64,000 bases of DNA from Felis catus (lineage: Eukaryota), in the NCBI RefSeq assembly GCF_018350175.1, contig NC_058381.1, positions 8,618,001-8,682,000 on the forward strand, in the 5' to 3' direction. The notes beneath the pieces were generated by a model that worked only from the letters and a program-made list of their open reading frames with translations, was not told the DNA's origin and searched no databases. The position numbers were made by a program, and so were the translations under genes. Shown here in pieces: positions 24,850-38,916 of this stretch (its first letter is position 1; each line of letters starts with the position of its first letter).

Positions 24850-26179
24850 CAGAAGCAATTTAAACAGCAGAAATTTCATAAAGTCTTGCAAAGAGTTTAT
24901 CCATGAAACTGCCTAGGACTAGATATTTTGGGAAAAACAGTTCTTGGAAAACCTTGCGAATTTTTCTCTTCATTATCTTGTTTTCTCCCCCATGGTCAAG
25001 TGTACATTCTTTGTAAATGGCTCATTTAATCCAGATTATAAGCACAGAGCAAAATATACATTTCTCCCATTTCTTAATCTCCCCCTCTCTATGTACGTGG
25101 ATGTCTTCTCTCATCTTTAATTTGCATGCATTCTTTTTTCCCCCTTCACTAATCTTCCCCTGTTTATCTTGTTAATGTTTTCAAAGAAACCGGCTCTTAG
25201 AATTGTTTATTAACTATGCAGTTTTTTTCCTGTCTTCAGTGTAGTAATTTCTGCTTGCCTTCCTCTTCCTTCCTTATTTTAAGTTATATTTCACCACCTT
25301 GAGTTGAATACATATTCGCATCCGTTTCCCTTATCTAATTAACTGATTTAAAGCTATGCATTTTCCTGGGGTTACAGCCTTGACCGTGCCTCCTATTTTG
25401 AAATGCACTGCACTTAAGTGCCTTTTAAAATGCAAAAGCGCCTGCTGTTTGTTTCGTTCTGTTTGTAATGTGGTGGGCCACATCAATTTTATTACTCTGC
25501 TTTAGTTCTTGATTTTTTTAGTCCCCACATTTTGTTCCAGGCTTAAAAATGTCCTAGACTGTGAAGCCCTTAGCTCTTCTGCCCTAGGAGTAAAGCAGAA
25601 ATCTGAGTTCTTGTCTTTGTTTTCTACTTTTCTTCGTCTTCATCACATTATGCAGATCATGTCTTGGTGTCCACTCAATAAGACGTCACTTGGAAGTCAT
25701 TGTGCCCCCATCCTCCTAGCTCAGAGGTAAAACATCCTCTGCAGAGTAATATCCAGAAACACACCTTTTTCTCATCAGTTGCTCTTAAAGTGTGCTGAAA
25801 CCCATGATTAAAATAGGTACCTTTTTTTTTTTTTTAGGTTTCAATACTCAATATTCTAAGAATGAAGTGACATCAGAGAAGTAATTGCTAGAGTGCAAGA
25901 TGTTGAAAAGGTGAATAATAAAAATCAGATGGAGTTCTTGGACGGGAAATCAGTTTACAGTTCAAGCACAGGGCCTGGGTGGAGACACAGAACCAGGGAG
26001 AGAAATTAAAACATGTGAGAGTCAAGGGTAATGGTCCGAACAGCTTCAGAAAATGAAACTGAGGAAACAAGCAAGGATGAGGGTCCAGCAAGAAAGAAAG
26101 GCCAGAAAGACAGAGTCCTACTTTGTGGTTGGCCCACTGAAAGTCTTTGGCCCGTCTGAAGCTATTGAAAGAATTGAGA

Positions 26180-26535
26180 TTGCATGATGCATCCATTTGA
26201 GCCTGTTTGTTTCTGATGTGTCTTCTCATATTGGAACCTATACGCCATGTTGTAAGAAGCCTGTGCCATATGGAAAAGCCACATGGAGGTGTGCCTGTTG
26301 TCAACCTCAGCAGCACGCCCAGCCAGCCTTTGAAGGTGTCTTCTTGGCCATTCAGTGCAACTGGACCTTTAGTTGACCTCAGCCTCATTGGATATCTGTC
26401 TGCACCTACGTAAATCTCCCCAAATGAGAATCCGGCTGAGTTCGGTCAAGCCAAAGAACCAGGAGAAATAATAATAAATTGCTCAACACCACTACGTTTT
26501 GGGGTAGTTTTTACATAGCGATCGATAACCGGAAT
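26180..26535 (+). mobile_element. MaLR solo LTR (MLT1-type)
   Basis: gccatgttgtaagaagcc...gccacatgga...aataaattg...ccactacgttttggggtagtttttacatagcgatcgataacc, an MLT1-like 3' end. Confidence 0.75.
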
Positions 26536-27077
26536 GATCATTGATATTTCAATGACCCAAATAAATACCCTACTGAGGGATAAGTGCGTTCCCTACTTCT
26601 TTAGACTTATAATATCTTCCTTCAAGCTGTAAGTATACCTTGAATATTTCTGCTTTGATCCATGTTATGCTATTTATGTTATGCTATTTAACTCAGCAAC
26701 AATATCATTTCTACGTTCTTACTGAAGATAGAGACACCTCATTTTTATCCCTTTTGATCACCTAATGATAATTTGGGTAAATTTCCAGACTCTGGTTTTA
26801 GTAAACTGCTGAGTTTACTATTCAGGTGAGTTGCCATTGATATTTATCAGCAGCATTTTACGTACTGTGATAGAGACTGTGGGGGTCACAAAATAGTGGG
26901 TTTCCTGCCCTCACAGACCCTTCAGCTTAAGAGTTTAGTTACAATATAAAGACGTTATAATCCAAGGAAGCACGTGATGGGTACCCAACGCAAGAGGCAC
27001 AAACAAAGTTACATTAAGGCTCAAAAGAGGGAGAAGGCTAGTATCATTCAAAAGACAGTAGAGAACAGGATTAAGCA

Positions 27078-27200
27078 GAGGCAGACCTAATTCGGTTCCT
27101 AGATCTGCCGCTAACCCGGACAAGTTACGTAACCTTCTGCACTTATAATAGAGGGATAAACACACTTTATTAACCAATATTCTTTTAATAACTATTTTAG
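27078..27200 (+). mobile_element. MIR relic
   Basis: ggcagacct...tctgccgcta...caagttacgtaaccttctg core. Confidence 0.55.
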
Positions 27201-27387
27201 CAACTAGATTGATAGGATTATGAGAATAAGATAAAAATGAGGAAAAGAAACTCATGCTTATCTCATAGAAGATGCTCTATTGGTGGTAGCTGGTGTTTTA
27301 ATGATCATCACCCTCTAATTAGTGAGCTCATAAATGACTTAAGGCCAACAGCGTATTTGAGTTGGGGCTTTTAAAAATGATGCTCTC

Positions 27388-27606
27388 GGGGCTTCTGGGT
27401 GGCTCAGTTGGTTGAGCATCCAACTCTTGATTTCGGCTCCGGTCAAGATCTCACGATTCATGAGACGGAGCCCCATGCTGGGCTCCGTGCTGGGCATTGA
27501 GCCTGTTTAAGATTCTTCCTCTCCCTCTCCCTTTGCCCCTCCTCTGCCGTCATGCATGCATTCTCTCTACCTAAAACAATTAAGAAATTAAAATAAAATA
27601 AAAGAT
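27388..27606 (+). mobile_element. CanSINE (older subfamily)
   Basis: TSD taaaaatgatgctct/taaaaatggtgttct. Confidence 0.92.
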
Positions 27607-27619
27607 AAAAATGGTGTTC

Positions 27620-28350
27620 TTACCTCACACCATGTACAAAAATTAACTCATCATCCATCACAATGGATCCAAGCTCTAAATGTAAGAGCCAAAAGTGGAA
27701 AGGTCCAAGAAAAAAATGCGGGTGTAAATCGTGGGACTTTGGATTTGGCAATCAATGGATTCTTCAATGTGAAGGCAGAAAAGCACAAGCAACAAAAGAA
27801 AAAACACTTCTAGGTTGAACTTCATCCAAATGAAAGACTTTTGCGCTTCAAAACTAAAGAACACTATCAAGAAACGGAACACCACAAGCCAAAGAATGGG
27901 AGAAAATATTTGCAAATTATATACAGGATAAGGGGCTTGTATTTGGATATATACAAAAACACTCAATCATAAAAAGAAAAAGAAATCAATTAAAATGGAC
28001 AGAGCAGATGAATAGACATTCCTCCGAAGACGATATAAAAATAACCGAGAAGCGTAAGAAAAGATGCTCGACATCGTTAGCCCTCAAGGAAATGCAAATC
28101 GGTGAGATAACATTTCACACACACTAGGATGATTGTAATCAAGGAGTCAGATGATGACAGGTATTGGTGGGAATGTGAAGAAATTAGGACCCTTACACCC
28201 TGCCGGAAGAGACGTAAAATTGTGCAGACATTTCCGAAAACAGAGTGTCAGGTTCTCAAACGGTTAACACCTGCTGGAATATTATGCAGCCGTGAAAAAG
28301 CAATGGCGTACCGAGACATGCTACACTATGAATGAATGACCCATGCATTA
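27620..28350 (+). mobile_element. L1 ORF2 3' portion relic
   Basis: tacctcacaccatgtacaaaaattaactca...gaatgggagaaaatatttgcaaatt...ggaaatgcaaatc; frames disrupted. Confidence 0.85.
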
Positions 28351-28399
28351 CGTGAGTTATATCTCAGCGAAGATGTAGCCAAAAAACGATGTTCAACGT

Positions 28400-28930
28400 G
28401 CCAGCATATGGCGGGGAAGATGGGTGGGAGAAGGGGGGGAACGCGGAGAATCCAGGCAGAGAACAGGGTGTGTGACGGTGCAGAGGGTGCGACATTGTCA
28501 AAGCATGACGTGATGTCGATTGTAGGGCAGATCACTGGAAATTAGTTTCAGGCCAGGCAATATGATGGAGGGTTAGAAGGGCCAAAACAGTCACTGAAGA
28601 TTGTGCCCACAAATGATCCAGCAACAACGGGTCGGGGAAGGAACCAGTGTAGTGGCAATGGAGAGGATCGGACGCACCCAAGAAACGTTGTGGTTGAGTT
28701 AATAGGCCATGAGCTCTGTCTGCTGAACGGGATTTTCAGTGTACGAGGGACTCAAATATGACTGTACAGCTTTGAGTCTATGAGTAGAAAAACTGACATT
28801 GAGCTGGTAGGAATCAAAAGTCAGGAAAAGAAGCTGTTTTTGTAGAGCATGTGGCAATTGAGGTTTGGACACACAGACTCCAGAGGAGGAAGTACAGAGA
28901 GGTGGGCAGAGACAGAACCCTGGAAAACAC
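28400..28930 (-). mobile_element. L2 relic
   Basis: Purine-rich pattern like the other L2 copies here (agtggcaatggagagga, gacagaaccctgg). Confidence 0.45.
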
Positions 28931-29099
28931 TTTTCATGCTCTAGCTGTGAAATGGGCCAGTGATGCTCACCTAATTCTAGTCGGGTTTTGGTATTTGGTT
29001 TTGCTATGGTTATGTGGTTTTGTGGGTGGTTTGGGGGGCAGGGGATGGGAGATGGGGGAGATTGACATTTATTATTTACTATGCATCAGACACTCTAAG

Positions 29100-29288
29100 T
29101 TTTTCTTTTTAATGTCAATTTATTTAAGAGAGAGACAGCGAGTGGAGAGAGAGGGAGACAGAGAATCACGAGCAGGCTCCCCGCTGCCCGCACGGAGCCC
29201 AGTGCAGGACTCGAACTCACCACGAGATCATGACCTGAACCAAAACTAAGAGTCAGAGCCTTAACCCACTGAGCAACCCAGGGGCCCC
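29100..29288 (-). mobile_element. CanSINE
   Basis: TSD taagttttt. Confidence 0.9.
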
Positions 29289-32200
29289 TAAGTTTTTTGG
29301 GTTTTTTTGTTTTAGTATGCATCGTCTTATTTGCTTACCACAACCCCTCGGAGTGCATACAACTTTTCTTATTGTCAGGATTCGAAACCAGATCAATGTG
29401 GCTAATGATCAGGTCTACTTCCCTTGGCTGTAAGGCCCAAAGATGCGATGTAGCTGGGATTCTAGCCCAGGGTCTGGCATGCACAGGTGCTCAGCAAACC
29501 CCAGATGCGCAGCAACCTGCCGTCCACGGTTACTGACCTTGCCCCAAAGCCAGGGTTTGAATTTATCAACTAGCCTCTCTGCTCTTACCCGACTTCTTTG
29601 GTATTGGCTGCATTAGCAGCTGGTACCTTAAAGCCTCATTTCTCTGCCGTGGCTAACTGCCATATCCGATGACTCCATTCTTTATACATCTGCACTGCCC
29701 CTTGTTTTTTTCTCCTTCCCTCCAACCCCACCAATATCCCTTTAGGCCTTTGCTGAACCAGTGGGGTTGAAGAATGATAAATGTGCGTCGGATTTGAGGC
29801 TACGGTTAAATGCTTGTTGGGAATTTGGTGGAGGCCCACACACCCATCTCATTTATAACTTACATCACTGGAGTCAAGACTGCTAAAAACAGAACGATTA
29901 TGATTCCCCGCCGTCCTTTCCAGCTAATCTCAAACACAGGAGGGGAACACTAAAGAAGGCTCATCTCTGCGAGCTTTTACAACAGTAAATTGTAGCTCAT
30001 CAGAGCCAATTCTTGAAGCCATTTGCTTTAATCTAAACCAGGATTTCTCATCTCCCCTTTTATGATGCCATTCTGGGGCTCTGGAAAGAGATATAGCCGC
30101 ACGCCCATCTGCTATCACTCTAATGAAAACAATCAGAGCCTGGTGATTATTAATCACCTGGCCTTATCATCCATTAAAGGAAAATCGTATTAACCGAAAG
30201 GCACATGTTTCGTTCCTGAATTCCAGAGACAAAAACCGAAAGGAGACGAAGGAAGCGAACTGAAACTCCAGTTGTGCTGGAATTCTGGAAACGAGTTCTC
30301 TCTCGGCAGTAGCTTCTTTAATTAAGTGCTCATAAGGAGTGGGGAATAAAAGATTCAGCCCCAGATGCGGTTGCCGGGGTATGGTTCTCTTTTTGCTAGG
30401 GTAATTCTCATAGCTGAACATGAGTTTTGGAATTCCGAGAAAACCAGAGTAGCTCTAACCGGCTTTTAAACTGGTGTTCCGAAATCATTAGGCCCCCTAC
30501 GCGGTACTCAGTTTGAATGGGACTCTATGAGGACATCATGGCACCGCACCATTTACATGCCTAGTTGGACCGAGTTTGAAGCTGTCCACGAAAGGAAAAC
30601 ACTGTATAAACCATTTAAGGGTCATGGTTCGATGAGAAGGCGGGAGACGAGTGACAGAGTCATTTTAGCAGGGTCTTTGACCATGACCTCAGGAATGTGG
30701 GCACTCGACTTTCAGGTTCAACGTGCATTGTGAAACTAGCAGTTTCGGTGGGACAGGCATCGTCTCAAGGTGGTTCTAACATTACAAAAGTCACTGACCC
30801 CAGACAGGAAACCCGTGGTTGTTTGTGGCCAGCTGCCATGCTTTCTTCGCCCCATGATTTGGGCAAACCAAGCCCCTGCTTAAAAGCTGAGAATGTTTAA
30901 AATCCCTTCCACGCAGATTTCATTCAGGAAAGCAGGCAATGAGACCCAGTGAGACCCAATGGGACTCCATTTTTAGAAGGACTTTCCTAGGGAATGCAGT
31001 ACACCTCCAGGCACAGAGATGTAGGTCCACACCCTATGCTCAGCTCTGCGTGAATTCCAGAAGGATTGTCTCTAGCCTGACACCAGCTTACCACTTGACA
31101 TTATCATCCGTGTCTCACCCTTCAGTGAAAGGTTTTGACCTTAGGTATGGGAGAATTTAATATATTCTGGAAGAGCCAAAGATTTTGGTTGTTTTTTTTT
31201 TTCTTTCATTTCTTTGGCTCTAAATAACTCCCCTAAGTAAGATATCCAAATATTGCCTCTTCCTGTGGCTCACCCTTTACGTTTTAATTCACAACCTCTC
31301 TCGGCAGCCCTTGTTTAATATTTGGGTGACAATACGTTTCTCAACACGTAGAAATAAGTCCTCCAATGGCCTTGACGATGATAAAATATGGCTGCCAATA
31401 CTGTGCAGGGTAGGATTTTCAGGCTCTCAAAAGACATCACAATTTTCCATTTCTAAAAACTGTGGGTAGAAAGTAGTGTGAAAGAGAGCCTCCTGATCCA
31501 AAGTGTGAGCTGAGGACCGGTTCGTGGCTTGGATTTATGAACTGTGAGCTGCCGTCCTTGAATGTCTGCATGGCCAGGGGTGAAGTCATCAGGAAGCAGG
31601 TGTGTGGCTCACTAACAGGTGTTTCCAAAGGAGCCTTTCAGCCCTGGCTCCAGCACTACCCAGAGTCAAGGGGCAAGGGATGTCAGACAGAGGAATCCTC
31701 AGTTCTGGTGTTAGATCAACACAAACCTTCCCCTAAAGGAAATGGCTGAGACCAAAAATCACCATCACGTGACTGGAAAAGTGATGTCAGAAAACTGACG
31801 TGGCTTTCAGGGTCGCAGGGTCTGAAGTCTGAGGATTGTATGGAAATTGGGAGGCTTCAAACTCCAAAGAATGAATTCCTAAAAATGGGTAATTGCGTGG
31901 CTCTTCCTTCTCGGGGGTGGGGGGGTTGGATGGGAATGTGGGAGAGGAGATAAAAGCTAAGAAGTAATGGGTGGGCCACCCAAGAAGAGAGCTGCAAGGC
32001 ACATATGGTTCTGTCTGCGAGCTTGTCTCTCTCCCATCCTCCCGTCCGTGGGGATGAAAGGGGCAGAGCCCACACCCCAGCTCCAGGCTTGGGCAGGTGA
32101 CCTGTTGTCCAACCAGAATCCCCCCTGCCTTTTGCAGACTTAATGGAAAAGCGGTCCTCTTTCTGCCCGGTTGGTGGGCCACTTGGAAGTAAAACTCTAT

Positions 32201-34774
32201 ATATCCGGGTCCATTTTGGGCCACGTGAGGCCCTACCACGTGAGGAAGGCCAGCTTGATGGCAAAGGCAAAGAACTTAGAGCTGACAGAGAAAGGTCCTG
32301 AAGGCGTCGTTTGAGTTCATGGTCCCAGCCATGCCTATAGTCACCCTGGTTTAACTTCCATGAGCCCATGGAGGCCCTTCTTTGCATAATGCAATGTTTG
32401 TGAATAGAAGATGAAGACTTCGCCATGTCTCCAACAGGCGAAAATGTCTTGGTCACTCATTAAAAATAACACATCCGGGGGTTATAGAAAGAAACCAGGG
32501 GATCTGGGAATGGAACCCTGGCCATTTGGTCCCCCGTGGCATACGGGGCGAATATTATCACTTTTCATTTGAATGTATCAGATTTTCTCACTTATAAACT
32601 CAAAGGGTGGACCAAGGTCCACTCTTCAATGCCGTTATCTTATGATGAAACTTGACGATCTTACAACCTAACACCGCGTTAACTTGATCTAGCTGTAAGC
32701 TCGTCTCTACGTTTATTGCCTGATTACATCGCCCACTTTAAATGTGCTCATCTGTAGAAGGAGTAAAAAAAAAAAAAAAAATGACCTTGTAAGGTTAGCA
32801 GGGCGTCACCTTTTATCCATGACTGATTCCGCCTTGTGATGGTCAACAGGAGAGAAAGAAGTTCGGGGCCAGAATTCTCTGCAGACGAATACGGTCATTC
32901 CAGGGAGCTTGCCTGGCTGTCTCTCACCAGGCTTCTGTGTTCAGAGGAGAAAGACACATTGTCCGTCTGAAGCTTACAGAGAATTAATGTCTGCGTGTCT
33001 CCCCAACTGCTGCCTCAAACCCTAGAATCCTGGAAATACTTCCTTATTGGATTAGTGGCAACTAAATGCCTCAAAACGAATAAAGTGACCCTAAGAGGAA
33101 GTGTTCAAATGTAATTTGTGAAATGAAGATGCCCTGACTTCGTATCCCTCATAATTAGACATCTAGGGAGACAGAGCCTGGCTTTTGTTTTAATAACAAA
33201 TAAAGCTCTGCTCAATTCCTCTTAACACCCTCGCGGGAGGAGCTAGGCGAGCCTGTAGACCGGAAATCAGTGTGGACTCTCCTCCCCAAATAGGTCTTTT
33301 CCCACCCATAAATCAGAGATAACGAAATTTGCGATGTCTCTGCTTTAAGCTCGGAATGGGAGTAGAATTGCCAGTCAAAGACTGCTGTTAAATGCCTCGA
33401 TTCGTGAGCCCTTCAGATTTGGTTTGGAGGGGAGGAGGGGGGAAGGTTAATTCAATTTTCTGCTAAGTGTTTTCTTTCTCCTCCGGGTTGGGCCTTGGAA
33501 ATTCTGGCAGTCGGCTGTTGGTTGTTTTCAAGAATCCACCGGAACTTAAGGTAAGGAATCGCTGAATCCAACATGGAGTTGTGGCTGACAACCAGATGCA
33601 ATGAGAACACTTGAGCTCAAGAGTATTTATCTCCCCCGATCCCCGCTGCCAGGCCGTGGTTTGGCAAGGGCAGCGTGCCTCTACCTATGGCCATAAATCC
33701 TAAGGAGCGTCCCCTTCCCATGGATGCCACCATCTAGGGGTGTGAGTGGCTTTGTCTTGCGAATAGTTGCTGGTGGTTAGTTCACCATGCTCACACGGGC
33801 CCTTCATAAACTCTTACTGGACGTTTGGACCTCCACGTCAACACCCGTTAATGACGCAGAAAGCAGTTGTGCTGGAAACTGAGGTGTGAGAAGTCCAGCG
33901 AGCCATCGATAGTATTTTCCCCACTGCCAAAGCAAATCATACACGTAGCCCTTCCCTTTTGGTCTCCTGTATCTGTACTCAGCATCATCAAAGATAGTTT
34001 TTCCTGATCCCTGTGGTTTCATTCCCAACACACCTGTGAACACACATATACACACCTGATTGAAAGCTGATTCCCCGCACCAGGATTTTCCACGACTCTG
34101 CCCACCTCTCCTGTTCCCCATAACACCACTGACGTCAAAGGTCAAAGCCCTGTCTATCCTTGCTCTTCCCAAACTGAACTTCAGGTATTCTTCCTGTGGA
34201 CCCACCCAAGTTGCTCCAAGATCCTGCCTTTGCCTAGAAAGCAAGCCTGCAGGTCTCAGGACCCGAAGGCCACAGGCAACCGACACAGTGGACTGGGGAA
34301 GGGTGATGTGGCTGTACCAGGGAGCGTGAATAGCACAGTGTCAGGGCAAGGAGGGGGTAAGTGAGGCAGGAGCCACAGAGACATGTCAGATCAGTGGCCC
34401 AAGGAAGGGGTTCTATGAGAAGTGCCTCTGGGATTCTTGAATGCCATCTAGAAACCATCCTGAGCAAAAGGGTGAAGACAGTGTCTTATTATGAAAAGCG
34501 ATGTCCAGATAGGCTTACTTTGGGGGGCCAGGAAATCAGATGCCCCCCAGAAGTTGTGGTCTGTAAAAGAATAAAACGAGAAGGGGGGAGGAAAGGCACC
34601 TGAAGAGATGCTCCAAGAGCATGGTTTAGGCTTGGGAATGGAGAGAAGCCCTATTCTCCATCCCCTGAAATTGTTAGCCATGGAATCTTACTCTTAAAAA
34701 GCTTGCCTGCATTTACAACGATGGTCTTCTGTCGGATTCCCTTGGCCTCATCAGCACGTTCCTTTCAGAGCCAA

Positions 34775-34955
34775 CTTGGGCTGCACAGTGGAATCATCCC
34801 AGGGGGCAGGTTTAGAAATAGTGATACCCAGTCCTTATCCCTCCTACTTCCAGATTTTAATTTAATTGGTCTAGCTTATAGCCTCAGGCATCTGGGTTGT
34901 TAAAAGCTTCTCCCGCGGTGATTCTAACCTGCAGCCAAAGTTGAGAATCACTGCT
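34775..34955. mobile_element. MER5-type hAT-Charlie MITE
   Basis: ggctgcacagtggaatca...ggtgattctaacctgcagccaaagttgagaatcactg. Confidence 0.75.
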
Positions 34956-35180
34956 TTAGAGAATGTCCACCAGACTTCACCTGGGCCATTAAGGAAAAGG
35001 GTTTCTTAGCCATCTTCGGGTCGGTGAGAATGAGGACAGGCGCTACCATGACACTGGAGCTGGACATAATGGCAAAAGGATCAAAATGAGCTCCACCACA
35101 GAGGAAATACAGAGAACGGTAATATCTGAAGGACGTCTGGTGATGCTCTTTCCCATCTGGCCAGCCTGTGTTCCTTCTGA

Positions 35181-35368
35181 GCAGTGGTCCTCAAACCTTA
35201 ACAGCCTCAGAATCATCTGGAGGGGTTAGAGCTTGTTAAAACACAGACTGCTGGGGCCCTCCCCAGGAGTTTCCAATTTGGTAGGTTGGCTGGGTCCCTG
35301 GAACTTGCATTTTTGACACATTCCCAGATGGTACTGATGTTGTCAGTCCAGCGACTCCACTTTGAGAA
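35181..35368. mobile_element. MER5A-type hAT-Charlie MITE
   Basis: cagtggtcctcaaacc...cagaatcatctggaggg...ccactttgagaa with TIR-like ends. Confidence 0.8.
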
Positions 35369-37439
35369 GGATTGCCCTAGAGAGAGTTCGTCTCCATTCA
35401 TCCCTCAGTCATTCTAGTTTTCATGCGATGAAGACAGCAGTGCCTTTAGAGCCCCCACGACAGCCTCCCCATCCTGCGACCACACGCAGGGAAACATCAA
35501 TCATCCTGGGTCAGAAAGGGCAGTACAATGTTATCTATTCCCCACCAGGTGCTTGCCCGAGGCCAGGGCAAACACTCATGGGGAACTTGGGTTTTAGCTG
35601 CTGTCATTAAAAAGTTTGGAACCTACACAGCAAGGAACGCCCATGTGTCAGCAAGAGCATTTCCCCCTATGATCACAAATGGTTTCCAGTTGCGAAGAAA
35701 GCTCGGGGGACATATGGAAACAAAAACTGCCAAGTCCATGGCTACAGTCTCAGTCCATTCCAAAATCGAACTGAAAAGAAAACTAGAGAAACACTTTGGC
35801 CTCTCTCTACCCACTCTTGCGCTCCTCTTTGGAATAAGTGGACTTTTCCTGTCTTTCCTATTTCCAACATTTGCAAAGAAACTATCCCTTGAGACATAAG
35901 TGCAATATCTAGAGAGGTTTCAGGCACTTTTACTAATATATGACGAATCAATTTCTTCTTTTCTCACAAACACAAGCATCGCACCTTTGTTTTCTTAATT
36001 ACTGCCTTTTCATTGTCTTACACATTTTGGAAATGGAAAAGCGGGCATTGCCCCAGCCTCTGCAGAAGAAAATGTTAACAGTGGAGCCAAAGACCTGACT
36101 TCTGTTGGGTTCTTCTACAGTCACCTCATTACAAAGGCTCAGCTTGGCCAAACAGATCCTTCAGTCCAGGTAAGGACCATGAGCTTTGGTTTGTTTCCAC
36201 CCCCCACCCATGCCAAAGCTTTGGGACCATGGCGGACTGACTCTACGGCCGTGACTTGCAAATGGCAGGTTACATCTCTGGTTCCCTGGGGTATACAGTT
36301 CCCTGGTGCATGTGCAGACATACTCTGACCTCCTAGATCAGAGATAATGGACATAGCATCCAATGTCCATAGAGGACAGGGATCTTTTCTCTCACAGCTT
36401 GGACTGACACCAGTAGGCATGATGGACTAGCCCAGTGTATCCTGAAATCTACTACACGAGACACTAATTCCACAAATGCTAGCTGTTGCTGGATATCACG
36501 GACACATAACTTTGGGAAACACTGAGTTTAAAGAAAGGTAGTCATATGGGTCTGTTTTTTTTTCAGGACCCCTCGGTACTCTTAATACACTAATGTGCAC
36601 GGTGAATTTTCAAGAAGGGGGTTTATTGGACCATAGGAGACATATTTGATCTTAGGGAAAAAGTAAAGAGCTTCTCTTGAGACACTTCTGAGGAATTGTT
36701 CTGGGAAACAATAGTTAGACAATGTCTAGTCTCTTCTCACATAAATTCCACATTCCAAGTCTCAAGTCTCCACTACGTGGGAATGAGTCTTAACTACCCA
36801 ACAGGACTCCGAGGTGGGGTTTGAGCCAACCATAACCATGTACCTATGACCTAAGGAGCAAAGCATTGGGAATCCATTCAAATGTCCCTCCCACTCTGTC
36901 TCTGCCACCTTGCTGGGGTAAGAAAGTGATTCTGGTGAAGAAGAAAAACCAAGAGAGGACTTTAAAACACTGTTTCAACTTTTACAGGCATATTTTAAAT
37001 ATTTTCTTTCACTACCTTACATATAAAATATTTGAATCAGAGTATTCTTGCCAAGAGAGCTCTGTGTTGGCTAGAGACCCCCTTGTAAAGGGGCCAATGC
37101 ATCTTGGTAGGAATCACTTTTTCTGAAAGAACACCAGCCATTAATGGTGTACGTGGATATTCAACAAGTAAGCCCAGAATCAGAGACTGTGTTATCTCTC
37201 CTACTAATTTCCCTCACTTGCTTCTTGTGCTATAATACATCATCTAGTGTGACATCAGAGCAAACCCATCAGTGTGGTATGTTTTTGTTATTAGTGACAT
37301 TGTTCTCTAACATTTTACATGCTTGAGTGTTCCAAAACTTTACTGTGTAATCATACTGTTACATTAATTATAGATCACCATGCATTATATGATTTAATTA
37401 TATATGCTATAACTTACAATTAGAAAGTAAACGTTGTCG

Positions 37440-37535
37440 ATGTTTGCCTATTATAGGGGAGAAACCAAGTCGGCATAAAGTTAAGTGATTATTGTAGGTC
37501 TCACGATTACTTATCAGCCGGAGCCAGGATTTGAA
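37440..37535 (-). mobile_element. MIR relic
   Basis: aagttaagtga...ggagccaggatttgaac. Confidence 0.6.
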
Positions 37536-37675
37536 CAAAAATCCATCTGAAGCAAAAATCTACAAGCAAAAGAAGAGGGTCAAAGAAAAAGGGTGAAACC
37601 TGGAGTTGCCCTCCATAATTAATGGAATAAGATTGAGGAAGAGAAAAAAATCAAATGCTTAAGATAACTTCTTAA

Positions 37676-37854
37676 GGGGTGCCTGGATGGTTCAGTTGGC
37701 TAAATGTCCGACTCTTGACTTCGGCTCAGGTCATGATCTCACGATTCACGGGTTCGAGCCCTGCATTGGGCTCTGCATTGTCAGTGCGCAGCCTGCTTCG
37801 GGTTCTCTCTCTCTCTCTCTCTCTCTCAAAATAAATAAACAAACTTTTTAAAAG
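37676..37854 (+). mobile_element. CanSINE (shortened linker)
   Basis: TSD aagat(a/c)acttcttaa. Confidence 0.92.
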
Positions 37855-38775
37855 AAGATCACTTCTTAAACGGTACCTCAAAACGCTTTTAACTTAACCC
37901 ATCCTCAAAACCTGGAAAGAAATGGATTCTTGTGACCCCAAACACACAGTTAACGCACAAGAGCGGATGGAAAAAATCCACAGTGTTCATGACTTGCAAA
38001 TAATCACATCTGAAGGATAACAGCTTTTACAGCAAATAAATAAACAGCCCTGTAGATAAAAATCTCACGCCATGGGGCTGGAACTCCTCAAATGTACACT
38101 TTTAAAAGATACACTCTAAACTCTTAGAATCAGGGGATTTGTTAACACACACACACACACACACACATGCAGGATCTTTTGCAATGTTTATTTCTGGGCA
38201 GCCAACTTAATGAAAAAGAGAGAACTTTCCAGTTAGCGGAATGTAGTTCATCTTCAGGTATGGTTTGCAAAGCACCCTCATTTGTACCAATTAACTTCAT
38301 TATTCTATTTGGAAGATTTCCCTCCCCCTCTGCACTCCAACCTTCTCTTAAGTTTTAAATCTGAGCGATCTTTACTGCCTTCTTTCTACTTAAGATTGCA
38401 ATAATTTGTCATTGGTGTGCAGACACTTTCTTAACTATTCCTGTGTTACAAATAAAAGGACCAGTGTTGCTCGGAGGTTATCTCTGGGGTCCCGCAAAGC
38501 CAAGCACTATAAAATGGTTAGACATTAAAGATACGAAGAAACGCCCATAAAACAACACATAAAAACGTGTCTTGCCTCACCATTTATATGGAAAGATGGT
38601 ATAGTTCAATCTTTCAAGCCAAAGACTATTTTAGAATTAAAGTTTCAATCAGAACAGGAATGGGGTGGGTGGGAAGAGTTTCACCCTTTCTCTTTGACCC
38701 TCTTTTTCTTTTTGCTTGTAAGCTCCTGAGGTAAAAATCGCGTGCTGCGTCGGCTTTCCCATTGGCCTTTTGATA

Positions 38776-38858
<83 letters not shown>
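38776..38858. repeat. Compound (TC)n(AC)n microsatellite
   Basis: Seen directly. Confidence 0.97.
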
Positions 38859-38860
<2 letters not shown>

Positions 38861-38916
38861 CCAGCCAAATCTGCCTTTTCTAGCTCATGTTCTTTTACTG
38901 AAAATAAAATAAAATA

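Noticed and set aside
31857-32456. Longest ORF (199 aa, minus) and the overlapping 150-aa ORF
   Set aside because: No recognisable domain or exon structure; overlaps LTR-like sequence; consistent with chance
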